This document shows, piece after piece, positions 37,004 to 49,400 of a stretch of 64,000 nucleotides of DNA. The translations under genes were made by a program, and so were the position numbers. This stretch comes from Azolla caroliniana (lineage: Eukaryota; Plantae; Polypodiophyta). Under the pieces are notes generated by a model that was not told the origin of the DNA, searched no databases, and worked only from the letters and a program-made list of their open reading frames with translations. Where the stretch lies: assembly GCA_043228905.1 (NCBI GenBank), contig JBHGNT010000004.1, forward strand, positions 4,898,001 through 4,962,000. Reading direction: 5' to 3'. Positions within the stretch are counted from its first letter, which is position 1. Every line of letters starts with the position of its first letter.

Positions 37004-38083
37004 TAACATTGGTAAAATCTTATATTCTTAACATAAATCATGTTCATATCATATACTCTTGCGTCTTAAATTATACATTGTCTCTGTCTCTTATCTATGC
37101 TCGTCTCTCTCTCTCTCACATTACTTTTAACTCTTCTTCTTCCTATCCTTAATCTTTCTAACATCAACACACATGCATTATAAAAATTTAGCCAACTCCT
37201 TTTAACCTTAGTCCCTGCGACTTCTCTGCACGAACCACAACTATCCCAACATAATTTGGTGAACCCGGCATGAAGGCGGTGAAAAGGAAAAATGGAGGAG
37301 CAAATGAGGTTGATGTGTACGATGATGGAACGAATGATGCAGGAGTAAGGGACAATGGCAAGCATCAACAAAGCCATCGACAATATTCTTGCAGAAGTAG
37401 GAATCTTCGAAGGTATGAATTTAACAAGGTTTTTGAATATTTACAATGAAGAGATGCTTAAATGAGGTGTGAGCGAAGCTGCAAAAATTAATAGCTTTAG
37501 TCGGGTCGCTGCGATTAGGCTACAAGAAAGGATTCAGGAGCTATAGAGGGAGCATTGGACATGGGTTGCTTTTGAAAGATCATTACTCGATGAATACAAC
37601 CTCAATGATATGTCAAGGATGACAAGGCGAGCTTTTATGGATTAGGTAGAATATGATAAACATTTAAATGTTTTAGAAGTATTAAAAGAATTTTCAGAAA
37701 GATTTGAGCAATTAAAGTTAGGGATAGAAATATAATAATGCCAAATAAAATAATATTATTTCTACAAGCCACTAATATTAAAGATAGAAAGGACTTGGAA
37801 ATGCTTCTAGAAGATCAGAATAGTCCAAATGGACTTACCGAAGACTGGGAGGAGGTGAAAAGGGCTTGTGCCCATTTCTATAAAAGAAAGGTATCGTTTA
37901 TGGAGTTATCAGAGAGAAATGAAGAAGAGAAAAGAAAGTAGAAGAGTTGCTCTTGCACGAATTGGTGAAAGGCATGAAAGATCAAAGTGACAAAGTTGGA
38001 ATTGAGATAAAGCTCAACCTCGTCAAGGCAAGGAGGCATTGTTCGAAGGTGTATGTGGTGCGACGGTGTTGACCACTGGGACA

Positions 38084-39381
38084 TATCATGGTATGGTTTC
38101 AGAAAGATTTGAACCCATGGCCTTGCGTCACATGGGTTAAAGCCTTACCATTGAGCTATATATTGTAATACGAAAAATATTATTTCCATTTATTATTTCA
38201 CTTAGGAAATCCATGTATATTCTAGATTTTTCTGGAACATTCTAGAAATGCCAAGGGTATTCCGAAGCATACTATAAAAAGAGGCACATGGCATTATTGA
38301 GAACCAATTCGGTTCAAATTGTCAGGAATAGTATTAAGACAGAGAGGGAATTAGTACTAGAGATGAGGATTAGTACTAAGAGGAAAAGAGGGTGTAGAAT
38401 TTGAGAGAGAGAGAGAGAATGATGATAACAAGCGATATATTATATTATATGAAGAGAATATACAAGAATAGCTAGAAGGCTTAAGACTGAAGTAACCATT
38501 GTGTCCTTGCAACAACATGGACCAAGTACTCAAGGAATTCATAAAGAACCCAAGATCAGTCTTCCTACAAAATTCGACGGAACGCGATCACAATTCAGAG
38601 GATTCCTTAATCAAGTACGTCTCGTGGTTCAAATACATCCTTCCCGATATCGCACCGATGCATCACGCATGGGATTAGTAGGCATGTTGCTTAGTGGCCC
38701 AACTTTGGCATGGTTCGCACCTTTATTAGAACAAAGATCTCCATTGCTAAATAATTTTGAGGAGTTTATTAGTGAGTTTAAATCCTGTTTCGGGGACACC
38801 GATAGCATTAGGATGACAATCAATAAAATCCGAAGATTGCGTCAAGATGATCGTCCAACCTCAGCCCATGCTGCGGATTTCCGTCTTTTCAAGGCCATCG
38901 ATATTCCCTAAGATGATCTAGCATTGATGGAGCAGTTTCGATATGGCCTTTGAAATGATGTCAAAGATTTACTCTTGACTTTTCCCGAAGAACCAAAGTC
39001 GCTCATAGAGGCAATCAATCGAGTGGTGCGTTGCGATAACAGACTTTTCGAACGACGTTCGAAACATCAATTACAAATGCCAAGAACAAGGTCGGAGCCC
39101 ACATATGCCTCAGTCGTAGCAAAACCATTTGCAAGGGAGTCATATAATGCGTCTCCAGCAAATACTCCAACCCCGATGGAAATCGACACTATACGTTGTC
39201 GCAGACCATTATCGGAAAAGGAAAAGCAGCAACGCCGAGCAAATCGACTATGTCTTTATTGCGATGGACTGGGGCCAAGAAGAGATGCAAGGGAGTCATA
39301 TATTGCAGTAAATTTTCCCCATAGGCCAAGAAGACAGGTAAATCAAATAGCCACTAGTACTAATAGTATTAAGCCTGAGTT
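38084..39381 (+). mobile_element. Chromovirus-type gypsy 5' remnant: LTR with inverted 3' half, then gag
   Basis: 38084-38315 resembles 23562-23790; 38320-38490 is the reverse complement of 23795-24000; gag PTKFDGTRSQFRGFLNQ, PTPMEID, RRANRLCLYC with stops. Confidence 0.75.
38104..38160 (-). promoter_or_regulatory. tRNA-like Pol III A/B box pair in LTR
   Basis: A box TAGCTCAATGG (38158-38148), B box GGTTCAAATC (38115-38106). Confidence 0.55.
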
Positions 39382-39384
39382 TGT

Positions 39385-39435
<51 letters not shown>

Positions 39436-39849
39436 GAAAGGGAAATATTGTATTGTAGAGTAAAATGGATTACAAGGAGTAGGCAATAGACTACTACAAA
39501 ATGGCGTTGAACCAATTTAGGTTTGGGATGATTGATAGATGGGTGAAAGCACGCTACAGTGTACCAACTTTTGGCCAAAATTTTAGTACTAATTCGATGA
39601 GGAGGAAAGAAAAATAATCCAATATTTGGGTTAAAAAAGTTGAGGTTGTTGGGTCACAGTCCCAGGTAATGTTGTACGGAAATCTTAACTATAGAAGATC
39701 TTGAGTAGTCACTCAATTATGAATATAGTAAATATGTCTCTCTCTCGCTCTCTCTCTTGGCACATATGTTCATCTTGAACTGTCAGTTAGTCTCTCTCCC
39801 CCCCTCTCTCTCCTTCCCCCTTCTACTCATTGATTCCCGAGGTTTGTAC

Positions 39850-40135
39850 CTCCTCTCCCCCTCTCTGTCTCTCTTCTACCTTCTGTACAGGTCTCTGCAG
39901 ACTCCAAGCGCGTCACTGCTCGTCGTTCGTACCTCCTCTACCCCTCTCTGTCTCTCTTCCACCTTCTACACAGGTCTCTGCAGACTCCAAGCGCGTCATT
40001 GCTCGTCGTTCGTACCTCCTCTACCCCTCTTTGTCTCTCTTCCACATTCTACACAGGTCTCTGCAGACTCCAAGCGCGTCACTGCTCGTCCTTCGTACCT
40101 CCTCTCCCCCTCTCTATCTCTCTTCCACCTTCTGC
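39850..40135 (+). repeat. 83-bp tandem repeat x3
   Basis: ACAGGTCTCTGCAGACTCCAAGCGCG at 39887, 39970 and 40053. Confidence 0.9.
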
Positions 40136-40734
40136 ATAGGTTTTTCAACCTGTCTAGGGTTAGTTGCGTTCTCTCTCCCTCAGTTGACCTTGTTCTCCCT
40201 CATTGTTAGGTGTTCTGTGATCACCGTGTCCTAACGACATCGACCTCTCCTCTACTGGCCGTATCCCCTCTGTTGGCTATGACCTCTACTTTGCTCTACC
40301 TCCAGGTGTTCTCAAGTCACTGTGTTCCATCTACCTGGTGTGTCTGTTTGCTTGCAACCCGTGCTTCAAACGTGTCCCCTCTGCAAGAACTTCAGAAAGG
40401 TAATCCTACTATCTACAACCCTAACGACATCTGAAAAGGTAATCCTGCTTTAGGCTTACCTTCATGTTCTGCTACATGTTAGGGTTTTGTTGTTGTTGTT
40501 TGTGTTGTTCTCCCTTGATCATTTCAGACACTTGTACATGCATATGCTTGAAATTGAGAGTGTTTTACATGCATATGTCATTTATTACATGATTTAGAAT
40601 TTGGTACATGTTGACATATTGGAAGATGGTTCTATGATGGTACGCTGCAATGATTTTCCATGGTTTAGCGTATATATGTTGTGTTTCGGGAGTTAACATT
40701 ATGTTGTAGGTTTTATCTTTGTTGTTGATGTTTT

Positions 40735-43700
40735 TGTTGGGATTTCGGTCCCTCCGGATGGGATGTCCGGAGATGAATGACGGCAAGCCCGGTTGCGGTT
40801 ACGGAACCGGATGATGAAGACCCCGGTTACGGAACCGGATGATGAAGACCCCGGTTACGGAGCCGGATGATGAAGACCCCGGTTACGGAACCGGATGATG
40901 AAGACCCCGGTTACGGAACCGGATGATGAAGACCCCGGTTACGGAACCGGATGATGAAGACCCCGGTTACGGAACCGGATGATGAAGACCCCGGCTACGG
41001 AGCCGGATGATGAAGACCCCGGTTACGGAACCGGATGATGAATGTACCCGGAGAGAGATCCGGATGCGGAGACATATTTGTGAATATGTTTGCCAAGAGC
41101 CCTTGAGGCTATATTTGTAAATAGCCCGAAAGTCATATGTGTATAAATATGACTTAGGGCAAACAGTTTTATGTTGTTGCTCATTTTTCATGAGAAGTGA
41201 GAGCAGCCGAGAGAGAGAGTGAGAGACGAAGAGGTCGTTGCCTCTGTGTATTACCGCCGCCTGTGGCGAAGACAGTGAGCTCAAGGTTGTTGCCTTGTAG
41301 CTTCACCAGTGTACATCCCTGTTCATAGTGATAGTTGGAGTTTGAGGACTCCCGTGGTTTTTCCCATTTAGGGTTTTCCACGTAAAACATCCAGTGTACC
41401 TTTCTCTCTATTGTTTTGTGCATTTTCTATTTCCTGTTTTCTGTGAGTTGATCCCATTCCTCGGTTGTGGCCGAGCACTGTTTTTCAACAACCTGGTATC
41501 AGAGCGACGGTAACACAGAAAATGGAAGGCGGCGGTAGTGGGCCTCCGGGCATGATGGTGCTGAACGCGCAGAACTACGCCGACTGGAAGATAAAGATGG
41601 AGGATCTGCTCATTGTTCGGGACCTGTATGAACCGATCAACAGGTCGGAAATACCCAAGGGGGTACTTGAGACGGAGTGGAGGCTTCTGAACCGGAAAGC
41701 CGTTGCAACCATTCGGCAATACGTCGACGTGAGCGTTCTACAACACGTGGCGAACGACACCAACGCATATGAGATGTGGAGGAAGCTGTCGGGCCTCTAC
41801 GAGAGGAAGAATGCGTTGAACCGGACCTCCCTGATGAGAAAGATAGTGAACCTCAAGTACCGGGACGGCGAAAGTATGGTGGAACACGTAAGCACGTTCA
41901 TGGGATTCGTGAACCAGCTTGCGGCGATCAAGTTCCCGTTGGAGGATGCAATGCAAGCCATCATCCTGATGTGTACATTGCCGGAAAGCTGGGAGAACTT
42001 GGTGGTGACTCTCAGCACCTCCTGCACGGAAGATAACTTGTCCCTACAAACGGTAAAGACAAGTATTTTGAACGAAGAAGCGCGTCGGAGAGATAAAGAA
42101 CCGGTCTCCGACTCGAAGGCGCTGCTTACCGAATCGGATCGGGGAAGACAATGGCACCGGAGTCCGCAAAGACGAGAGAAGTCGGGGACCCGGTCGCAGT
42201 CAAGAGGAAGGCCCACATGCTTCCACTGTGGGAAGCCGGGGCACTTCCGGAAGAATTGTCGGCATTACCGAAAGGACAACGGAGCCGACGACACCGATTC
42301 GAAGAAGTCACCGGAGAGAAACGGTGCATACCGGGGAGCCACGGACCGGAGAGGTTCGGATCGGCGAGGGCAGGACCGGAAAGGAACAACGGCACTCGCG
42401 GCAAGTGAGGAAGAAATCATGCTCATCACCGAAGAAGGTGAACTAAACGTAGCCGGCGATGAGACGACCTGGGTGGTCGATTCCGGAGCATCGTTCCACC
42501 TGACCCCGGAGAGAAGATACTTCTCATCCTACACAGCCGGTGAGCATGGCTGTGTTCGGATGGGGAATGAAGGTACGTGCCGGATTGCCGGCATAGGAGA
42601 CGTGTGGTTGACAACCCCGACCGGATGCAAAATGCTGCTGAAGGATGTTCGACACGTTCCGGAGGTTCGATTGAACCTGATTTCGGCCGGGAGGCTAGAC
42701 GATGAAGGCTACACGGGTAGCATCCGGAACGGTGTCATGAAGTTCAGCAAAGGGAGCCTGATAGTGGCTCGGGCCCGGAAGGTCAACACCCTGTACCTGA
42801 TGAATTCCCGGCTCTGTCCGGAGGAGCTGAACGTGGCAGCCGACACTGCCGGTGAGCTGTGGCACAAGAGACTGTGCCACATGAGTGAGAAGGGGATGAA
42901 GAGGCTTGCAGAAGACAACCTTATTCCAGTGAAGCATGTGCACCTGGAGAAGTGCACCGACTGCCTGGCCGGTAAGCAAAACCGGACCTCCTTCCACTCA
43001 AGGCCACCGACGAGACGTAGCGCACCATTGGAGCTGGTGCACACTGATGTGTGTCAGGTAGAAACGAAGTCACATGGCGGAGCCCAGTACTTCGTGACAT
43101 TCATTGATGACCACAGCCGGAAGCTGTGGACGGCACCGTTGAAGACAAAGGACCAAGTGTTGTCCGTCTTCAAAGAACTCCACGCGAGAGTGGAAAGGGA
43201 ATCTGGCAAGAAGCTGAAAGCGATACGAGCGGATAACGGAGGGGAATACCGGGGGCAGTTCCAGGAGTACTGTCGCTCGAAGGGAATCCGGCTCGAGTTT
43301 ACTGTGCCGAAGACGCCGGAACTGAACGGGCTGGCCGAGAGGATGAACCGGACCATAATGGAGAGGGTCCGGAGTATGCTGGCGCATGCGAAATTACCCA
43401 AGGGGTTTTGGGCTGAGGCGATGTCGACGGCGACATACGTGATAAACAGATCACCCTCAGTACCTTTGGACGGAGACACGCCGCAGAGAGTGTGGACCGG
43501 TAGGGAAGTATCCTACCGGCATCTGAAGGTGTTCGGGTGTCTCGCATACGTGCATGTGGCAAAGGACCGGAGAGGAAAGCTAGATCCAAAGACCCGGCCA
43601 TGCATATTCCTCGGTTACGGTGACGACGAGTTCGGCTACCGAGTATGGGACCCGGTCGACAAGAAGATATTCAGGAGTCGAGACATCATCTTCATGAAGG

Positions 43701-46308
43701 ACAAGACACTCGCCGACTGGGAGTCGGAGAAGAAGATGAAGAGCTCAAAGTCGACCGGTGAGGATCAACTCTACGAGGAGCAGTCCCGACCGGCAAGGGA
43801 CCGGTTAGCACTCGAGGATCCGGCCGAAGACGGTGAAGAAACAGAACCGGCCGAAGAAGATGAAAATGATACCGGAACCGGCCCCGATCCCGAAATGGAT
43901 TCCGATGAAGAAGAAGAATCGGAAGAACCGGTTACCGAAGCTCCCGAACGGAGATATCCTCTAAGAGAGAGAAGGGCCCCCCGGAGATTTCCGGAACCAG
44001 AGCACGTGCTGCTAACAGACGAGGGGGAGCCGGAAAGTTTTGAAGAAGCAAAACATGACACCCAGAGCCGCAGGTGGTTGAGTGCCATGCAGGACGAGAT
44101 GGATTCCCTGCATGAGAATCACACATATGAACTTGTGGAGTTGCCGAAAGGAAAGCGGGCACTTCGAAACAAGTGGGTGTTCAAGCTGAAACCGGGAGAT
44201 GCCGGAAACCCCCCGAGATACAAAGCCAGGATCGTGGTGAAGGGGTTTCAGCAAAAGAAGGGCGTCGACTTCGACGAGATATTTGCCCCGGTAGTAAAGA
44301 TGACCTCCATCCGGACGGTGCTGAGCATAGCGGCAAGCATGGACCTCGAGGTAGAACAGATGGACGTGAAGACGGCATTCCTTCACGGCGACCTCGATGA
44401 AGAGATCTACATGCAGCAACCGGAAGGATTCGAGAAGAAAGGGAAGGAGCACCTGGTATGCCGGTTGAAGAAGACCCTTTACGGACTGAAGCAGGCTCCC
44501 CGGCAATGGTACCGGAAGTTCGACTCCTTCATGACCGACGAAGGGTACCACAAAACGCAGTCTGACCACTGCGTGTTTGTGAAGAAGTTCGAAGGAGGAG
44601 ACTCTCTAATACTCCTCTTGTACGTGGACGACATGTTGATCGTCGGACGGGACCAGGTCAAGATACGGATGCTGAAGAAGGCTCTTCACCGAACCTTCTC
44701 AATGAAGGACTTGGGTCCGGCGAGACAAATACTAGGGATGCACATCATCCGGGACCGGAGCAAGAAGCAGTTGTGGCTGTCACAGGAGAAGTACGTGACA
44801 AAGGTGCTTCAACGGTTCAACATGTCGGAAGCAAGACCGGTCGGATCAACCCTCCCGGCAAACTGCAAGCTGTCCAGCAAGCAAAGCCCCAGGACAAAGG
44901 CTGAGAAAGAGGACATGATGAAAGTACCATATGCCTCTGCTGTCGGAAGCTTGATGTACGCAATGGTGTGTACAAGACCAGACATTGGATACGCAGTCGG
45001 AGTGGTGAGCCGGTACATGAGCAATCCCGGCAAAGAGCATTGGAACGCGGTCAAGTGGATACTCCGATACCTGAAGGGCACGGCAAACGTGTGCCTCCGA
45101 TTCGGCTCCGGTAAGCCTGAACTCGACGGCTTCACCGATTCGGATATGTCGGCTGATGCAGATACCAGCCGGTCCACATCAGGGTATGTGATGACCTATG
45201 CAGGGGGAGCCGTTTCGTGGCAGTCGAGGCTGCAGAAGACGGTTGCGTTGTCAACCACGGAGGCGGAGTACATGGCAGCTGTTGAAGCCGGCAAGGAAAT
45301 AATATGGATGAAGGACTTCATTAGAGAGCTCGGTATCCAGCAGGAGGAGTACCGACTCTACTGCGACAGTCAGAGTGCCATCCACCTTGCGAAGAACGCG
45401 GCTTATCACTCCCGGACGAAGCACATCCAGCGAAGATATCACTGGATCCGGGAAAGGATAGAAGACAAGGAGTTCGAGCTGACGAAGGTCCACACGGACG
45501 AGAACGGGTCAGATATGCTGACCAAGGTGCTCACACCCGACAAGCTGGAAGCATGCCGGAAGAGGATCGGACTGGAGAGACATCCCATGCCAAAGTGAAG
45601 GGGGAGTTTGTTGGGATTTCGGTCCCTCCGGATGGGATGTCCGGAGATGAATGACGGCAAGCCCGGTTGCGGTTACGGAACCGGATGATGAAGACCCCGG
45701 TTACGGAGCCGGATGATGAAGACCCCGGTTACGGAACCGGATGATGAAGACCCCGGTTACGGAACCGGATGATGAAGACCCCGGTTACGGAACCGGATGA
45801 TGAAGACCCCGGCTACGGAGCCGGATGATGAAGACCCCGGTTACGGAACCGGATGATGAATGTACCCGGAGAGAGATCCGGATGCGGAGACATATTTGTG
45901 AATATGTTTGCCAAGAGCCCTTGAGGCTATATTTGTAAATAGCCCGAAAGTCATATGTGTATAAATATGACTTAGGGCAAACAGTTTTATGTTGTTGCTC
46001 ATTTTTCATGAGAAGTGAGAGCAGCCGAGAGAGAGAGTGAGAGACGAAGAGGTCGTTGCCTCTGTGTATTACCGCCGCCTGTGGCGAAGACAGTGAGCTC
46101 AAGGTTGTTGCCTTGTAGCTTCACCAGTGTACATCCCTGTTCATAGTGATAGTTGGAGTTTGAGGACTCCCGTGGTTTTTCCCATTTAGGGTTTTCCACG
46201 TAAAACATCCAGTGTACCTTTCTCTCTATTGTTTTGTGCATTTTCTATTTCCTGTTTTCTGTGAGTTGATCCCATTCCTCGGTTGTGGCCGAGCACTGTT
46301 TTTCAACA
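40735..46308 (+). mobile_element. Ty1/copia element D, intact
   Basis: LTRs 40735-41490 and 45609-46308; TSD GTTTT; PBS TGGTATCAGAGC 41494-41505; PPT AGGGGGAG; 28-bp tandem array in U3. Confidence 0.97.
41522..45598 (+). CDS. Copia gag-pol polyprotein (about 1358 aa), near-identical to that of element B
   Basis: Single ORF with knuckle, DSGA protease, integrase, YVDD RT and RNase H. Confidence 0.96.
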   Translation: MEGGGSGPPGMMVLNAQNYADWKIKMEDLLIVRDLYEPINRSEIPKGVLETEWRLLNRKAVATIRQYVDVSVLQHVANDTNAYEMWRKLSGLYERKNALNRTSLMRKIVNLKYRDGESMVEHVSTFMGFVNQLAAIKFPLEDAMQAIILMCTLPESWENLVVTLSTSCTEDNLSLQTVKTSILNEEARRRDKEPVSDSKALLTESDRGRQWHRSPQRREKSGTRSQSRGRPTCFHCGKPGHFRKNCRHYRKDNGADDTDSKKSPERNGAYRGATDRRGSDRRGQDRKGTTALAASEEEIMLITEEGELNVAGDETTWVVDSGASFHLTPERRYFSSYTAGEHGCVRMGNEGTCRIAGIGDVWLTTPTGCKMLLKDVRHVPEVRLNLISAGRLDDEGYTGSIRNGVMKFSKGSLIVARARKVNTLYLMNSRLCPEELNVAADTAGELWHKRLCHMSEKGMKRLAEDNLIPVKHVHLEKCTDCLAGKQNRTSFHSRPPTRRSAPLELVHTDVCQVETKSHGGAQYFVTFIDDHSRKLWTAPLKTKDQVLSVFKELHARVERESGKKLKAIRADNGGEYRGQFQEYCRSKGIRLEFTVPKTPELNGLAERMNRTIMERVRSMLAHAKLPKGFWAEAMSTATYVINRSPSVPLDGDTPQRVWTGREVSYRHLKVFGCLAYVHVAKDRRGKLDPKTRPCIFLGYGDDEFGYRVWDPVDKKIFRSRDIIFMKDKTLADWESEKKMKSSKSTGEDQLYEEQSRPARDRLALEDPAEDGEETEPAEEDENDTGTGPDPEMDSDEEEESEEPVTEAPERRYPLRERRAPRRFPEPEHVLLTDEGEPESFEEAKHDTQSRRWLSAMQDEMDSLHENHTYELVELPKGKRALRNKWVFKLKPGDAGNPPRYKARIVVKGFQQKKGVDFDEIFAPVVKMTSIRTVLSIAASMDLEVEQMDVKTAFLHGDLDEEIYMQQPEGFEKKGKEHLVCRLKKTLYGLKQAPRQWYRKFDSFMTDEGYHKTQSDHCVFVKKFEGGDSLILLLYVDDMLIVGRDQVKIRMLKKALHRTFSMKDLGPARQILGMHIIRDRSKKQLWLSQEKYVTKVLQRFNMSEARPVGSTLPANCKLSSKQSPRTKAEKEDMMKVPYASAVGSLMYAMVCTRPDIGYAVGVVSRYMSNPGKEHWNAVKWILRYLKGTANVCLRFGSGKPELDGFTDSDMSADADTSRSTSGYVMTYAGGAVSWQSRLQKTVALSTTEAEYMAAVEAGKEIIWMKDFIRELGIQQEEYRLYCDSQSAIHLAKNAAYHSRTKHIQRRYHWIRERIEDKEFELTKVHTDENGSDMLTKVLTPDKLEACRKRIGLERHPMPK

Positions 46309-46435
46309 GTTTTTGTCTCATTGTTGTCCTTATTATGCGTGATTTAATCATATGATGAAAAAAGACAGTTGTGATTGATCTATTGTTATTTTCTATTGTT
46401 GTGTGTGTGAGGTGAAGAAGAGAGATAGGACTCAA

Positions 46436-49400
46436 ATGACAAGGAAGACACCCACGAAGACGAAAATGGTCAAAGAAAATGTCAACACAACATGCAAGGA
46501 AAGAAAAAGGACCCCCATCAAAGAAAGTAAGATGACCCCCACCAGAGGGAGGTTTAAATTGTCAACATCTCATGGCAAGAATATGTTCACAAACATCCTT
46601 CGAGGTAGAAAGTTAGGATGGGGATATTTCCTTCGTGCACGACTTGACACTTATGAAGACGTAGACATGTGGATGATCAAAACATGGGGCTCATCACAAC
46701 CGGAGACAAGGAGAGGTTTTCACCTCAATCAATTGAAGAAGGATTATATCACTGAACTAAAGTCACGTTATGAACAAGTGATACAAAACATATCCTAAAT
46801 AATGAGGTAGGAACTGTTTTTGCACGTGCATTTGCATGTGAACTCCATGGTGGCATTGAAGTTGATTGGGAAGATTTTGCTCATCATCGATCATCACATT
46901 ATAGAGGGTCCTCAAGTACCAACACTACTATGAAGTCTGAGGGTACCTCTCACATTGAAATCCTAGCTAGGACATCTGTGTTGACTAAACAGATTGCAAA
47001 AGAAAGAGCTACACTGACAGAAAAGCATGAATAGCGATTGTTGCGTTGCATAGCTTCCATGCAAACAAGAATGCAAGTGTTGCTCACCGATTTGGAAGAA
47101 GTTTCATCTAGTGAGATGGCGGTAGAGAAACAATTCACATATATATCGAATACATACGAATGGATAACAACAACAATCCAACATTCTGAAAGCGATGTGT
47201 TGAAAGAGGAGTTGAAGAAGGAGTTGACAAATATGGGCACTCAATTGGGAAAACAGAAGAAAGATCTGGAGACATGGAGGTCATCTCGTTCTGAAATTGA
47301 TGATAAGTTATCAGCGTTAAAAATTCACTCTGAGAACCTGACATGTTTGATGAAGGGTCTAAAAGATAAAGGTTTAGATCCTCTATGGCTAGAAGTAGTT
47401 GAGCATCCCACTTGCAATGAAAGTACCATTATAAGAATTACTGTATCAAGGTAATGGTTTATATTTTTACAAGTTGACCTTCTATTGTATAAAATATCAT
47501 CGTTGCTAATATAGTGTATGTTGTTTCTTGTATTTGAAGGTGTGTATTATGTGGCCTTGGATTCAAGTTTGAGGTCATGGATGCTATCATTACACCATGC
47601 TTGCACACATATCATTGTTTATGTGCTAAGTACCATTTTGAGAAAGAAAATATATGTTTACTTTGTAAAAGTACAGTTGGCACCGAATGGTACTTAACTT
47701 GGGGTTTGAAAGTACATTCCTATGGTATGTGATTAAGAACATATGTAATTTTTATACTATGATTTTATAATTTTAACATTTGGTCCTGGTCTTATACCCA
47801 TGAGTACTGTTCCTTGATGATCATTTTTACATGATTCAGTACTAACATTACTGATTACATTGTATTCCTTGGTGATTAGTTGACAATGTGAATCTTATTT
47901 AGTACTAAGGATCTTAAATGTTTAGTTGTATAACTTGCATGTGCACTAACATTATTCATTACATTGTACTTTCTGTGTCCACTTGGCTTAGGCTCTGGAT
48001 GACCGAACAAATAGACATGAAAGTCTAGGTTTTTTAGTACTAACATTGTTCATTACATGAAATATGCATGTTCAAGTGGTTGTGTAATGTGCCCTCAAGT
48101 TCCTTGTTGGAAGATTCAGTACTAACATTACTGATTACATTGTATTCCTTGGTGATCAGTTGATTCAGTATTGATTATTTAGTACTGAATGTCTTAATTG
48201 ATTCGTTGTATAACTTGTATAAGTACTAACATTGTCCATTACATTGTACGTTTTCTATCCAGGTGGTTTAGTACTGTTATCTCAAATTCCTTGATTGATG
48301 TTTTAGTACTAACTTACTGATTACATTGTATCCTTTGGTGCTAAGTTGATTCAGTACTGATTATTTAGTAGGGTTTATTTGTATCACTTGTATGACCGAA
48401 CAAATAGGCTCTGGATGACCGAACAAATAGGCATGCAAGTCTTTTCTTTAGTACCGAACAAATTGACAGGAACACACGCTCCCGATGAACAACGCTTGGC
48501 CACAACCGAGCTTAGAATCAAAACACAGAAAAACGGGGAATGGATGCACGACACAAAAGGAGAGAAGAGTACAACAGTGAGCTCACGGAGGCAACGACCT
48601 CGGCACCGACCTCTTCCTCTCTCTCTCTCTCTCTGTACACTGTTACGTGCTCTCTATTCTTGCACCAACAAGAATGACAACTACTACGTCCATCAAAGAG
48701 TTTGCCCTAAGTCCTATTTATACTAATATGAATTTTCAGCTATTTACAAATATGGCCCCGATGGACTCTCAGGAAACATATTTATGAATATGTCCCTTCA
48801 TCCGGTAAGCACTTCTCACCGGGCCTTCACCATCCGGCTCTTGCTGGGTACTCCTCATCCGATTCTCACTGGGTCTTCGGTAGCCGGATACTCTTCATCC
48901 GGTTCTCACCGGGTCTTCCGTAGCCAGTTCTCACCGGGTCTTCCATTGCCGAGTACTCGACATCAGCACTCTTCTTCTCACTTCCCATCCGGAGGGACCT
49001 GTTTCATAACAAACTCCCCCTTCACTCCGGCATGGGATGTCTTACTAGTCCGACCCGCTTCCGACATGCATCCAGCTTGTCAAGTGTCAGTACTTTGGTG
49101 AGCATATCTGACCCGTTCTCGGCCGTGTGGATCTTCGTCAGCGCGAACTCTTGTTCATCTACTCTTTCCCGGATCCAGTGATACCTTCGCTGGATATGCT
49201 TCGTCCGTGAATGGTAGGCCGCATTCTTGGCAAGGTGGATGGAACTTTGATTGTCGCAATAGAGCCGGTATTCATCTTACCGGATACCGAGCTCTCCGAT
49301 GAAGACCTTCATCCATAGTATTTCCTTGCCGGCTTCCACAGCCGCCATGTACTCCACTTTTGTGGTTGACAGCGCAACCGTCTTCTGCAGCCTCAATTGC

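Larger units (their letters stand above)
31048..38083 (+). mobile_element. 5' part of a gypsy-type element (LTR 31048-~37251 split by copia B; tRNA-Trp PBS; decayed gag ~37290-38083)
   Basis: Starts TGTCATGAAGA after ACGT like the solo LTR at 25099; PBS TGGTGAACCCGGCATGAA at 37257; gag-like frames with stops. Confidence 0.65.

Noticed and set aside
38104-38160. Functional tRNA genes at the A/B-box sites
   Set aside because: Acceptor and T stems do not pair convincingly; only promoter boxes and spacing are tRNA-like
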